Below are positions 38,389-49,899 of a stretch of DNA of 64,000 nucleotides, in pieces (the stretch's first letter is position 1; every line of letters starts with the position of its first letter). This stretch comes from Phoronis australis. Taxonomy: Eukaryota; Animalia; Phoronida. Below the pieces are notes generated by a model. The model saw only the letters and a list, made by a program, of their open reading frames with translations, was not told the origin of the DNA and did no database searches. The position numbers were made by a program, and so were the translations under genes. The stretch spans positions 473,585-537,584 of the forward strand of contig NMRA01000058.1 in assembly GCA_002633005.1 (NCBI GenBank), read 5' to 3'.

Positions 38389-38599
38389 TGTACAGAAAGT
38401 AGTGCTAGCCATTACCATTTTGCTTCATTAGCTTGAATACAAAGAGCATGCTAAATAGGCATTATAAAAGTTGTCGGAGGGCAAACGGAATCTTAAGAAG
38501 ACCCGTGTAAGCAAGAAATTCTCTATATGTAGTACACTGCGCAATTTGTTGTGAATGACTAATTTTTTGGGTTTATAATGTACACTCTGTAAAACACAT

Positions 38600-41500
38600 C
38601 AGGGCTCGACAATAAAGTCCTGGTCTCAAACTGCCCATGTGGTTCCAGCATCCGAAAATACTTACTACAAAAAATCTTATTTTCGACACCCTTTCTTTAT
38701 ATTCTTTTTGCCTTTCTTGCCAAAAGCGATTTTTTAACAGTACTTGACCCTTCCCTGTGAGCGTATAATTACTGGCTGTCATCGATTATTTCCGTACCCA
38801 CATTTCCAGCTCATCAGTTCAGGAACTTGTCCTGAACGCCGCCATTTTCCTTGTAACTGAATGTGCTATTGCTTGCTCGAATAGTCTTCATTATTTTGTT
38901 CTATTAGTAATGTCTCGTGATTCGTTTGTGTGTGTAGTGTATTTATAGTTTGTAGTTAGTGGTCGTTGAATTCTTTTGGAATGTTACGCGTACTTTTTAT
39001 GTTGATATAACATTGGTGTTTAGTTCCTTACGTAGGGCGGTCGAACCTAAGGAACCAATATGACCGAGTCGAACCAATTTTTTCCGTTTTGATTTTTTTC
39101 TCAGGGAAAGCAGTGTAAAGTTATTGCAATTCTTGTGGCGAAACTTGGGTCACTTTGTTTGGATCGCGTCCGCCATATTGGAGGACAGCGGTAAAAGTTA
39201 CGAGTTTTAAAGTTGGTGTAAATTGTTTTCGCCAACAATTTACAGTGAAATTTAGTGAGACATATCTCTACTTACTATTCTGCACGATTCAACAGTGTTC
39301 ACCAAATTTCAGCCTAGAAGTTGTTACTCATTAAGTAATAAATGTGCTCACAATTCGCATTGGACTTCGTCTCATTTCTGGCGGCACTGACAACATGGTG
39401 ACTTTTGCTGAACTGGAAGGCATGTTCAACCTGTTACTTTGTAATTTGTGAAGATTAAACGTTGATACATTTTGACAAACGTTGCTACAAAAAAGAAACT
39501 TTGTTCAATTTTCGTGTTTTTTGTTCAGAATATAATTCGAATTATTTTACTGTGAATTTCCCATTCACGTGATCTTACACTAAGCTAAAAAATACTTGAA
39601 ATAATTTTGAAATGGGTTTTTGTTTGACTATCAACTGCTGTTCAAGGCTTGATTAGGTGTCACAAAATGATTCATATTTTTCTAAATTTTAAGTCTCAAT
39701 TGCTTTCAAGTCATGTTTTGCAACTCCTTCTTAATTCAGGTTATCAAGTCAACAATACGAATAATCTTAATTTGAGAAATAAGCTATGTTTGATTGTGAA
39801 GCTTCAAGCCTCTAATTCTTGTTCCTTGCAACTTCATATTTTTTTAATCATGCTTGTCAAATTCTGGTCTAAGGAATCACTATTCCGTCACCATCGTAAT
39901 AGTTACATATGTGTCCACTTTCATATCCTGGAAACTTTTGCTGTTGAATAGTGTTTGTAATGCTACATGTTGGAAAGTATTGTGCACTTTAAGTTACTTA
40001 TTATGTTAAAAGGTTGAATCATTTTGGCTTAATGAATAAAAAATGATAACATTTTGTGCTGGACTTGTCATGCTTATATGCTCGAACGAGCCCCCTATTT
40101 GGAGAAATGGAAAAAGGTCTGCCTCAGTCAGAGAAGCACGAACTCCAAAAAAAGTAGAAAACGAGACGATATTCCAGTAGAAGACACGAAGTACCAAAAT
40201 TTAGCGTCTGCAATTCATAACTTTGAACATACCCAGTGAATCTTATAGTAAAAGATGAGACATTCCCAAAAATTCCAGCTCCCCCCATTTTTTTAAGCTT
40301 GGTGTGCACATACAAAGTCTGGGAAAATCTCTGTTGAAAGCCAACAATTTTGCACAGTTCGCCAGAAGTACCCAAGTTCTAAATAAACCTCTTTTGAGCG
40401 AGCGCTGTGGCCAGCGACCAGGTAAGCCTAAGGGTAGCCTTGGCACAAAGCTGTATGAGCCTACTAACAAGCCAGCTGTATTTTGACGGTAGTCTCGGCA
40501 TACTGGTAGCTGGCACTGAAGCCAGCTAAAGGCTGCCGCGGCAGTGTGACACAGGATTAACCAGCCCGCAATTTTATGCAAGTGTCTGAAACTACCTTTG
40601 AATATATACGGCATTTATGATTTGAACATTTTACTTCGACAAAACAGCTTGCAACCGCATGCCTTTACCGTTCGCCAGTGTCTTGTCTCGATCCGTACCG
40701 GGTCCAATTGGCTGCGGTCCCGAGTCCGGAAAAATAATTTCTGTCAAAATTTCTTCGCCAAATTTCTTCAAAAAATTTGATAAAATTGTCCGTATTTTGA
40801 TTTCATTAAAATTAAGGTGCGCTGTCCATTATTTTATCCCCGCTTGCAGGCTAGTAACAGGCACTCGTCCATTCTGCAGACGGTGTTTTCGTAGCTTGGG
40901 TTCCTGAATGAATTGTACTTCTGGGTTCGCAGCAAGTTCAAAATGGCGGTGGTTCTTCGGGTGCGAATTGTGATTGGCGCGTTCATTTAAACTTTTTCTG
41001 AGTACGGATCGTGTATTAATTATGGGGTAGGTACTTCTTGGATCCTTATAACATGCTCTAACCATGTAATAAGGGTTAACAACGTGTGAGACCAGGACTT
41101 TAACGGTAGTCCGAGCTGCTCGGGACAAACAATTTTTTGGTCCAGACAAGCTCACGGCCGAGCAACTTGTCCGACAGGACAAGTTAATGAATTTTTGGAA
41201 ACTATAGTAAATCTGAATGATCAGAACTTTGTAGCAGTTATAACTCACTTGTTTAGTCATCAGTGTCGATAAGATGTGGCATAAATCGGCAAGGTGTTAT
41301 TTAAATTATGCAGGAGCTCATGATTGGATGCGATCCGAGGCAGTGTCTTACATTCGAATAGTTCTAGCCAAAGTGACGTGTTCTCATTTAAATACATGAC
41401 AGTATATCTCACGTAATCTGGGAAAGTTTTGATTTTAGTTAGGTCCTAGCGTAGTTCCAAGCGTTTTTAATGCACGCCAGGTTCCTGACGATTCGTCTCA

Positions 41501-43026
41501 TTTGTCTTGGTTCAACGCATATTTTTACTGGTTTCACTTATGACACCAAAATGGAAGCGCCAACCAAAGGCAAGAGCGCAAAAATCAACTTGTAGTTAGC
41601 ACAAGTCGAACATTTTGTTCACGCTCCACGACAAAAAAAACTTATTATTTTGAACATTTGATTCGCCTAATGACTTTTTACAAGATGTTTATTTGCTTCA
41701 TTATTTTAGCAGCTGACCGAGTACCCCTACTGCCTAATAGTAGTATCTCCCGATTGTTGAGCACGTGCTTTGAACAACAGCGGTGTTGCCTTTGAACTAA
41801 AAAAGAAATATACAATGTATATAAATTGTTACACTGTCAATCATTAGCATGTGTTTGGTTGCCTAACTAAGTTCAAAGTATTCAGTAAGAAGACCTGTCA
41901 ATCATTAGCAAGTGATTGGTTGCCTAAGTGTCCAGTGGGAAGCAAATCTTTACACAATCGAGTGCTTCCCTTAAAACTACAGCGAATTAGGGGAGCCTTG
42001 TTTAATCTGTCTTTATTCTCAAGAAATTTGCCCAACTGAATGCACGACTACCTGTAGGAATACTTTAGGTACGTAAACACCCAATCAAACTCAGGATCAC
42101 GACGCCACTGTATCGTGTGCACAGGTGGTCGAAGACCGGTACTTCAATACACTTTAACTGATGTGCTTGAAGTCCAACGTCAGTGTAGCTCCGTCAGGGT
42201 AAAATCGGTCCTCTGTGCAGTAAGCAAAAACTCTTTGCAAAATTTTTGACTTTAACCGTCTATGCTCGGCTTACTGCACACTCACTGCTTTTTAGATTCC
42301 CAATTTAAGTGCCCTGGGGCGGTAACAATCATTTGCTCGTCAAAACATTTTGACATTTAATCGTTACAATTTTTTATTTACGTATAAGACTCACGTGTAG
42401 TAGCGATACTCGGTAGCACGTGTTAATAAAACTTTACTACATTCGACTGTCTTACGACATGTGTGGAAACTGTCGTTTGCGCCGGCCGGGTGTCTGCAGT
42501 TGTAATGTCAAAATGGATACTTAGTTTGCATATGGTTTCAAGTAAAGGAGCTCTAATCTTGCAACTGGTAACCAAACCAAAGGGCGTGAAACCACCAAGC
42601 ATCAGTATGAAACCAATAAACGAAAACTGGAATTCCTTCCAAAATGGAAGGAAGATTTTGACTGGTTACGGTATGATAGCGACCAGAAATAAAATGTGTT
42701 GTGTCCCGTGTAAAAAATATGCCGACACAAACAGTTTATCTCTTGAGTCTGGGTCAGATGTGTTTAGGATCGAAAAGTCACAAACGGTCGACGGCTCACT
42801 CAGCAGCTTACGAAATACATATAACTGAATTGAAAAGCCAGGGTAAACTTGTTGAAATCCAAACACTACACGTTTATTGAGCTTGTGCAGACAGGTATTA
42901 GTATGACATTCATATATGTTTGAAAAGTATTATTCGAGTTTGATTACCTTTGGACAAGTGTCTTATAGGTCAGGACAAGTAAATTTCATTTCAGCTTGTC
43001 CGACTGGACAAGAATGTCGAGCCCTG
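38600..43026 (+). mobile_element. hAT-like element with 5-bp TSD, carrying a nested Kolobok and a TTF-zinc-finger relic
   Basis: TIR CAGGGCTCGACA; TSD CACAT (38595-99, 43027-31); relic FLPKWKEDFDWLRYD..KMCCVPCKKY at ~42625-42720. Confidence 0.8.
38616..41099 (+). mobile_element. Kolobok-type family A copy 3, inserted 16 bp inside the hAT terminus
   Basis: TIRs AGTCCTGGTCTCA(A/C)AC; TSD ATAA/TTAA; colinear with 3285-5813. Confidence 0.88.
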
Positions 43027-44659
43027 CACATCCTAGTGGAGCTGCCAAGACCTGGTTTTTCAAATCCAAAAAACAGCAAAATTGTTAAAAAGGATACTAA
43101 AGCCAGTTGATTTTACCCAATTCTCCTTTTCCCACCTAATAATAGATCATTTCTCACTAAGTTCCAATGGTCACACCTGAGATTCCTTTTGCCCACAGAC
43201 ATCTTTTGTAATGCCTTTTAGCATGTCCTTTTCACTCAAGCTAATGAAGCAGAAAGGTATTGCTTGCATTACTTTCTCAGGAGATGTGGTTGCCTCACTG
43301 AAATAATTGGTCTTCTCTGACATTAGTACACAGAGTTACAGCCTGAAACATCAAAAGTATGAGTTTGATGACAATTAGATATTACAAAATGACAAAAAAC
43401 GATAACTTGGGTTCACCAGGACAAGGGCTATTTCCCAAGCAATTGTTGGTTTTAAATGATTCTTTTTTTTGTTATTTTATTTTAAATGCTCCAGTCTACT
43501 TTAATTGTTGTTTTATGCTGGGTTGCTATTTTTGGATTTTATGTTTAAACTTTAAGTGCCGAAACAAAGGCAGATTTTGATCATCAGTGAAACTTAGATT
43601 AGTCAGCTCTTGCCCAATGAACCACCTTATCTATTGCTTGGATTTTCTAATAGACTTTGAAGCTAGCCATAATCTTCACGACACGTTTCATTGATTACCA
43701 ACATCAGTTTTCTGGTCAGCGTGCTACACCTCGAATAAAGTAATTTGACACGACTGGGTGATGAGCAGTCTTAAAAACTATTTACATCTAATTTGGTCAC
43801 CATGTGTTGTTTCTATCAATACGCACGGTTATTATCTTCAGTCAGTTACCGATGTTTGCAGTTTTCAGCATTACTTCATCAATATTTTAAAATAAAAAAA
43901 ACATACTAAGTCACTTTTTCTAGCTGAATACTGCCGTAAAGTTTATCTTTAATGAAAATTATAGGTCTATGCATTTTGAAAATTCACCAGTATGTACAGG
44001 CACGATTTTTTTATTACTGGCCAGGTAATTACTCTTAGTTGGGTCTTGATTGCACTGGACCATGCGGTCATAAACACGGTCTCTAACTCAGGCGGCACGC
44101 TCTCTTTGATCCAGGTGAAAGCCACTTGGAAGGTCGATTGAGCAGTGGTGAAAATTCCCACATATCTTTAGAAATGCGTGTTTTCCGAATATTCATGGCT
44201 TATTGCCATACTGAGTGACTGAGGATTCAACTAAAAACTCAGTTAGGATGTTGTGGTACTTGGTGGGTGGTCTTTCCCTACACTACACTCTACAGTTTCT
44301 GTGCAGTGCTGTAGTGGTAAAATTAGAGATAAGTAGGCGCCAAAAGCCTACCGTTATCGCCTTGAGCACTGAATGTAACTTAAGGTGCGTAGGCGCTACA
44401 ATCAAATGCCAAAAGGTGGTTGGCTGCGCCTACGTGCATCTACGTCCCACTACACCGTTTCTGTGTAACTCACCAAAAGCATGTCACGCTTGCCATTTAG
44501 GAGACCTTCTAATGGATTTTCAAATTTGCTAGAAATATTTGAGGGTAGTGGAGTGTTAGAAAGCATTTTTTTCGTTTCAGTGGACCAGGTGATAGACACC
44601 GGTGACCTAAAGTCGTGAATATAAGCATAAAAAGCAGCTGATTGTCATGCTCACCCAAT

Positions 44660-46420
44660 GTCATGTCATGAACACATCCATTACCACAAAAAACTGTAGG
44701 AACACAGCATTTATCCACCTTCACTCTTATCAGGCTTCTATTGTGAGTCAGCATGACTGATAACCCACATATGGAACTACTTTTGGCTGAATGGATGTCC
44801 AGGCCATAAAATGATAATTAGCCAAGACCAGTTAACTAATGCAACAAAGAATAATGTCCCAGCATCATCTAGCCTTGGTGGAAAGCTGTATACTGTATTG
44901 GCTCTAATAAACGCTTAGAAAAATTCATTTCACGGGGAGGGGACGCTTATTATAGCCTAAAGCAGTTGAAACCCGCCGGGTTTCCGAAACGGGTAAAATC
45001 GGAAGCTACGATTCATCAAATTTACACTTTGTGACGTATTTGTAGCCTATGAGTCTTTCTACAAAATTGTGGTGCATTGCTATCAAACTCCGTTGTTAAA
45101 TTACGATCATTTTCAAAAAATTGTGCTGAAATCCCACGGCGAAAACTTGCTGACTGATACGTCGCGGAATCGCGACCGTCAATAGGGAAAATTGAATTCT
45201 TGAATAAAAATGTAGTTTCGACTTAACGAACTACCTGAAATCTTCCTTAGCCTATGTTTTACAATTTTTAAAGTTCACGTGGAGTCCAGATTAATTGCGA
45301 TTAAGTCCAAATCTGCGCTACATCGTACCCCACAACACGAGAAAAATCTCTGGATGAACACACGTTGTTGTCACGTGGCGTTTGTTTTGAAGTTCGTCTG
45401 CTTATGAGAGTAAGTGCGTGTGCGGGTCATCGACGACAGACTTTTTGTTACATAAGGCAGAGGATTACGCAAGAAAACGGCGTTTACTAGATTTAATTGT
45501 TTTTCACTTAAACGGCTGCAACGTGCAAGGTGAGTGCAGCTGGTTAACTCACAGATTTTGTGTGTACAGGCCGACGGTCGTTAGCTCTACCGTGGCGTAA
45601 AACATTTGTAGTCCTAGGCTCGATCTACATGTTGGGGACGAGGTGACGAGGTGAACTACCCGGGCAGTGTGAAATTTCGATCTGGGTCTAACAGAGACAC
45701 TGACGCAGTGGTCAGCCAGCTTGCTTTATCAAGTGTAATTATAGTCAAAATCCAAATTCGTTTTATCGTATCCCTGTCAATAATAACGGCATGCTAAAGT
45801 TTCTTAATGTTTGTACTTCAGGAACATAACATCACGTGTTTTGTACACATAAGCGCACGCCGCAGATCACATCTCGGAAATTTCCGATTTGACGGATGAC
45901 AATGAATGAGCACAATGAAATTAAACAGCGTCGTTTTACAGCTTCTAAGATTCATAAGAAACGTATTTTGAATATTGCAATGCATGTGTTCCAAAATCTA
46001 AATAACTCGAGTCCTATATTTTTGTATTCGTGCGTGCCGAATGAAAGTAATTGTGAGTGTTGCTGTGTTGCAAAATCTCTTATCGTGGGTCGATTTGAAA
46101 AATTCAAAAGTTTTACTCATGTTTGTTTTCGCCCCTTTTTTCAAATATTACAGTAAAAACTACGTAAAACTCTCCACAAAAAGTACAGTCTGCTAAGCAA
46201 GATTGAAATCAGCTGATCATATCCGCATGAGCGAAGCCAAATATCCTCGCTCGTGACTCGATGAATAGAGCAGCTAAGCGGGATCCCTTTGATCATGAGC
46301 CGAGCGTGACTCAGCCAAGGTGGATAAATTCGATCTAGTTCAATCTGCCAAACCCCACTGTTTACCCTGATAGGTGGGGTTTGAGCCAATCTTATTTATT
46401 GGCAATGTTTATAGTATGGT
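44660..46420 (-). mobile_element. Family B copy 3
   Basis: Reverse complement of 50515-52205 over ~1.7 kb. Confidence 0.85.
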
Positions 46421-46495
46421 CCATTGGCAACTGCTCATGTGATGTCATGGGCATATATCAGCCTTCACAAATATATGTATTTTGCCAATCTTAAC

Positions 46496-46544
46496 CGTTG
46501 TTTGTAAGCAGAGTTTCGAAACGGTCGCCGATTTCGGCAGCCAT
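46496..46544 (-). CDS. SIX6OS1: Putative first coding exon (49 nt) of SIX6OS1/C14orf39-like gene: MAAEIGDRFETLLTNN+G
   Basis: ATG at 46544-46542 in good context (caaaATGGC). 16 codons + 1 nt, then GT (gttaag, a weak donor). Phase 1 joins the 57-nt exon in frame. FETLL aligns with human LDRLL at the same residue numbers (human sequence recalled). Lies in the short unique stretch between two TEs. Confidence 0.5.
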
Positions 46545-47263
46545 TTTGAATGAGGCCCTAAAGTTGTGACCGTTCCGTTTAGACAGAAATGCACGAAGTA
46601 AGACCACACAAATCAACAACAGTGCTTACGGTTACTCTAGACAACATAAAAACACATTGCAGTGTTTATCAATTCAGTTTAAATTAGTATGTGTTTTGCA
46701 CCCAACTCCGATGTGCACAGACGTTTTCAATGAGGATGCTTACGTCAAACGCGAAGAACCCAGAATCAAATTATCTCTCTGTATTTTATTGCTTTAGCTT
46801 TAGGGGTAGTTCGGGAAAACTCGGACGGCAGTAAAATTCAGACAAATCTAAATAAACGTCAAATATATTAACAATCGAGATGCCTTACCACTAAATGAAC
46901 AATAGTAGGAATTTATTTATCACCTCACTTGAATTGCAACAAAGTTTCAACAGATATGAGGCATGTTCAGCACCTTATGTCGCTCTGCCGTCTGCATCGT
47001 GTGGTGATTTCGAAAGTCTGAGGTAGGTACACTGTCTTTTCCAAGTTTTATTTAGGTCACTTGGTCACTTGTCGTGTAAATGAACTTGAATTTGCTTGAT
47101 GCATAATTCATCACTATGCAGTTTTATGTGTTAATTCCAATAGAAAAACTTACAAAAAAGCATGTCGATTTAATAAAAAAATGGTGTCAGTCCGAATTTG
47201 GAAGGGCACTCCAACTTTTTGTATGCTGCGGGGAAATTCAGACACCCGTGTTTTTAGGCTACT

Positions 47264-48601
47264 CAGGGCTCGACGCTATTAAAATCGCCAGGTCGCATTT
47301 TGCGACCTAGCCAAAATCCCAGGTCGCATTTTCAAAATCCCGCTCGCATTCGTAAATGCCAGGTCGCAAAATTTTCCCGCCATTTTAACGCGCCAAAATA
47401 GATTTTTTTAGATCATCGAGAAAATGTTTAGATTATGCTCTTACCTGCAGCGTTAAATGCTCACAAATTTCGGATCTCAAAATTGACTTCATTCATGCAG
47501 GTACGGCCTTACTGTTCTTCACGACTGCCATTGAAAGTCTAGAGCGCAAGCCAAGTTGCCGGCGTGAAAGTTGAATCAGTGCTCTCTAACTGACTTGTGC
47601 ATTCGAGTAGCTAAATTTGCGAAGTGAAAAGGGAGAAAATGCCCGTTGAAAAAAGTATCTGGGATTTTTTTAGATCTGGTCTGCTACTGGCCGTCATCAA
47701 AGTCGTTAACGATTCAAACNNNNNNNNNNNNNNNNNNNNNNNNNNNNNNNNNNNNNNNNNNNNNNNNNNNNNNNNNNNNNNNNNNNNNNNNNNNNNNNNN
47801 NNNNNNNNNNNNNNNNNNNNNNNNNNNNNNNNNNNNNNNNNNNNNNNNNNNNNNNNNNNNNNNNNNNNNNNNNNNNNNNNNNNNNNNNNNNNNNNNNNNN
47901 NNNNNNNNNNNNNNNNNNNNNNNNNNNNNNNNNNNNNNNNNNNNNNNNNNNNNNNNNNNNNNNNNNNNNNNNNNNNNNNNNNNNNNNNNNNNNNNNNNNN
48001 NNNNNNNNNNNNNNNNNNNNNNNNNNNNNNNNNNNNNNNNNNNNNNNNNNNNNNNNNNNNNNNNNNNNNNNNNNNNNNNNNNNNNNNNNNNNNNNNNNNN
48101 NNNNNNNNNNNNNNNNNNNNNNNNNNNNNNNNNNNNNNNNNNNNNNNNNNNNNNNNNNNNNNNNNNNNNNNNNNNNNNNNNNNNNNNNNNNNNNNNNNNN
48201 NNNNNNNNNNNNNNNNNNNNNNNNNNNNNNNNNNNNNNNNNNNNNNNNNNNNNNNNNNNNNNNNNNNNNNNNNNNNNNNNNNNNNNNNNNNNNNNNNNNN
48301 NNNNNNNNNNNNNNNNNNNNNNNNNNNNNNNNNNNNNNNNNNNNNNNNNNNNNNNNNNNNNNNNNNNNNNNGGTTAGTGTTCTTTTGAACTTGTATTTGG
48401 CAACAACCAAATAACGGTCGGATTAACAAGAGCTGCTTTGTATTTGCCAGGTATCTGTTGAGAAGTGTAAAAACTCAGCTCGCATTCGTTGGAAATTCCA
48501 GGTCGCATTTTGCGACTTTATACGAGCTGACAAAAATCTCAGCTCGCATTTCCAAATTTCAGGTCGCAAATGCGACCTGCAGCTCGTTATGTCGAGCCCT
48601 G
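47264..48601 (-). mobile_element. hAT-like MITE with 5-bp TSD (spans the assembly gap)
   Basis: TIR CAGGGCTCGAC; TSD CTACT (47259-63, 48602-06); inverted near-identical copy of 53715-55901. Confidence 0.85.
47720..48371. other. Assembly gap (652 N)
   Basis: Run of n characters. Confidence 1.
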
Positions 48602-49899
48602 CTACTTGACACTTTTCTTGACGTTTTCTTGTGAGATTTTCGTAATCACGTGATGACCTACTGTTTTAAGAGGTCAATACAAAACTTAATTTGTCAACAA
48701 CAATGGCGCTGTTTACCATGTGGGCTGCACACAAATTGGTAAGGAGGGCGGACGTACTTTTATGCTGTTTATGTGGCTAGGACATGATGACTTCTTAAAT
48801 TTTATTATTTGTCTAAATTCATTTTTGAAATCATAAAGTACTGTTATTTTGTCAGAGTTTTACCTATTCAAAATTTGCTGGTCCGAATTTCCCCCGACAC
48901 TCTGTCCGACTTTCCCACCTGCGTCCGAATTTCCCCGATTTTGACCATTATTATTATTCTTAAAATTCGAAGGCATTGGAAGTGAACTAGTAACAAAGAA
49001 TCTCATTGGTTGGTTTTTCAAATGACTTGCGGAGATCCCATTACTACTCTAATGTTATTAGCTTACACATAGACCTTCAGTACGGTAGTAGGCAAGCAAG
49101 TCAAGCCTAGGTTTTGTCCGAATTTACTCGAACTTCCCCTACAAAACTTGACCGACCCAGGGACATTTTGATACACTGTTCAAACTACCCCTGGAGCGCA
49201 TGTTTGAGCAAATCTGAACAGTGTATATTTTCAAAAATATTTTCTGAAAATGCACAAAACCTGGATTGGTGAAATATGCTGATTTAAGATACATTTGAAA
49301 AAAAGAAGCTACTGACGGCATTTTTTCTTTCACGGTGCAAATTTAGATTTTTTTATGTTATGCAATCATATTGACAAAATTCCTTCACCTTTGGCAGATA
49401 TTGTATGATGATCTTGTTTTAGCACTGGTACTTATGACATTTACGCATTGTAAAGTATGAAAAAATGTTAATTATGGCCAGAGTAATCATTGATATAGCT
49501 GAAAATAGCCAGAAATCCACCATTATATTGTTTCACTGAAACATTGCAGGTTTTTAATACACATGGCATTTAATTAAATCGCACATGTAATTGAAATTTA
49601 ATGTTTTTTATAATCCTAACATGTATTTCTTGTTTTTCTTCAGGAAATTGCAGGGATCTGAAAAGTCAAACACAATTTTCAGGCACAATTGAAAAATGAT
49701 GTCAATGTTATGCAAAACACATAAATTTGCATATGCTCCTCTTACAGCCATGTCTGAAGAAGAAAAGCATTACTACTGTTTTGAACTGTGTTTTTTAATG
49801 GTTTATGGTATATAGAATTTGATTTAGAAACCACATATTTGTACTAGATGTCCTAGTGATTGGATTCCTCGACCAAATAATATCACAGTCACCTAAGAA

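Larger units (their letters stand above)
46803..49139. mobile_element. TA-flanked MITE (Tc1/mariner-pogo-like, GGGG termini) carrying a nested hAT element
   Basis: ta|ggggtagttcgggaaaactcggac ... gtccgaatttactcgaacttcccc|ta; internal gtccgaatttcccc motifs. Confidence 0.65.

Noticed and set aside
47611-48429. Long ORFs in the track
   Set aside because: They run through the N gap.
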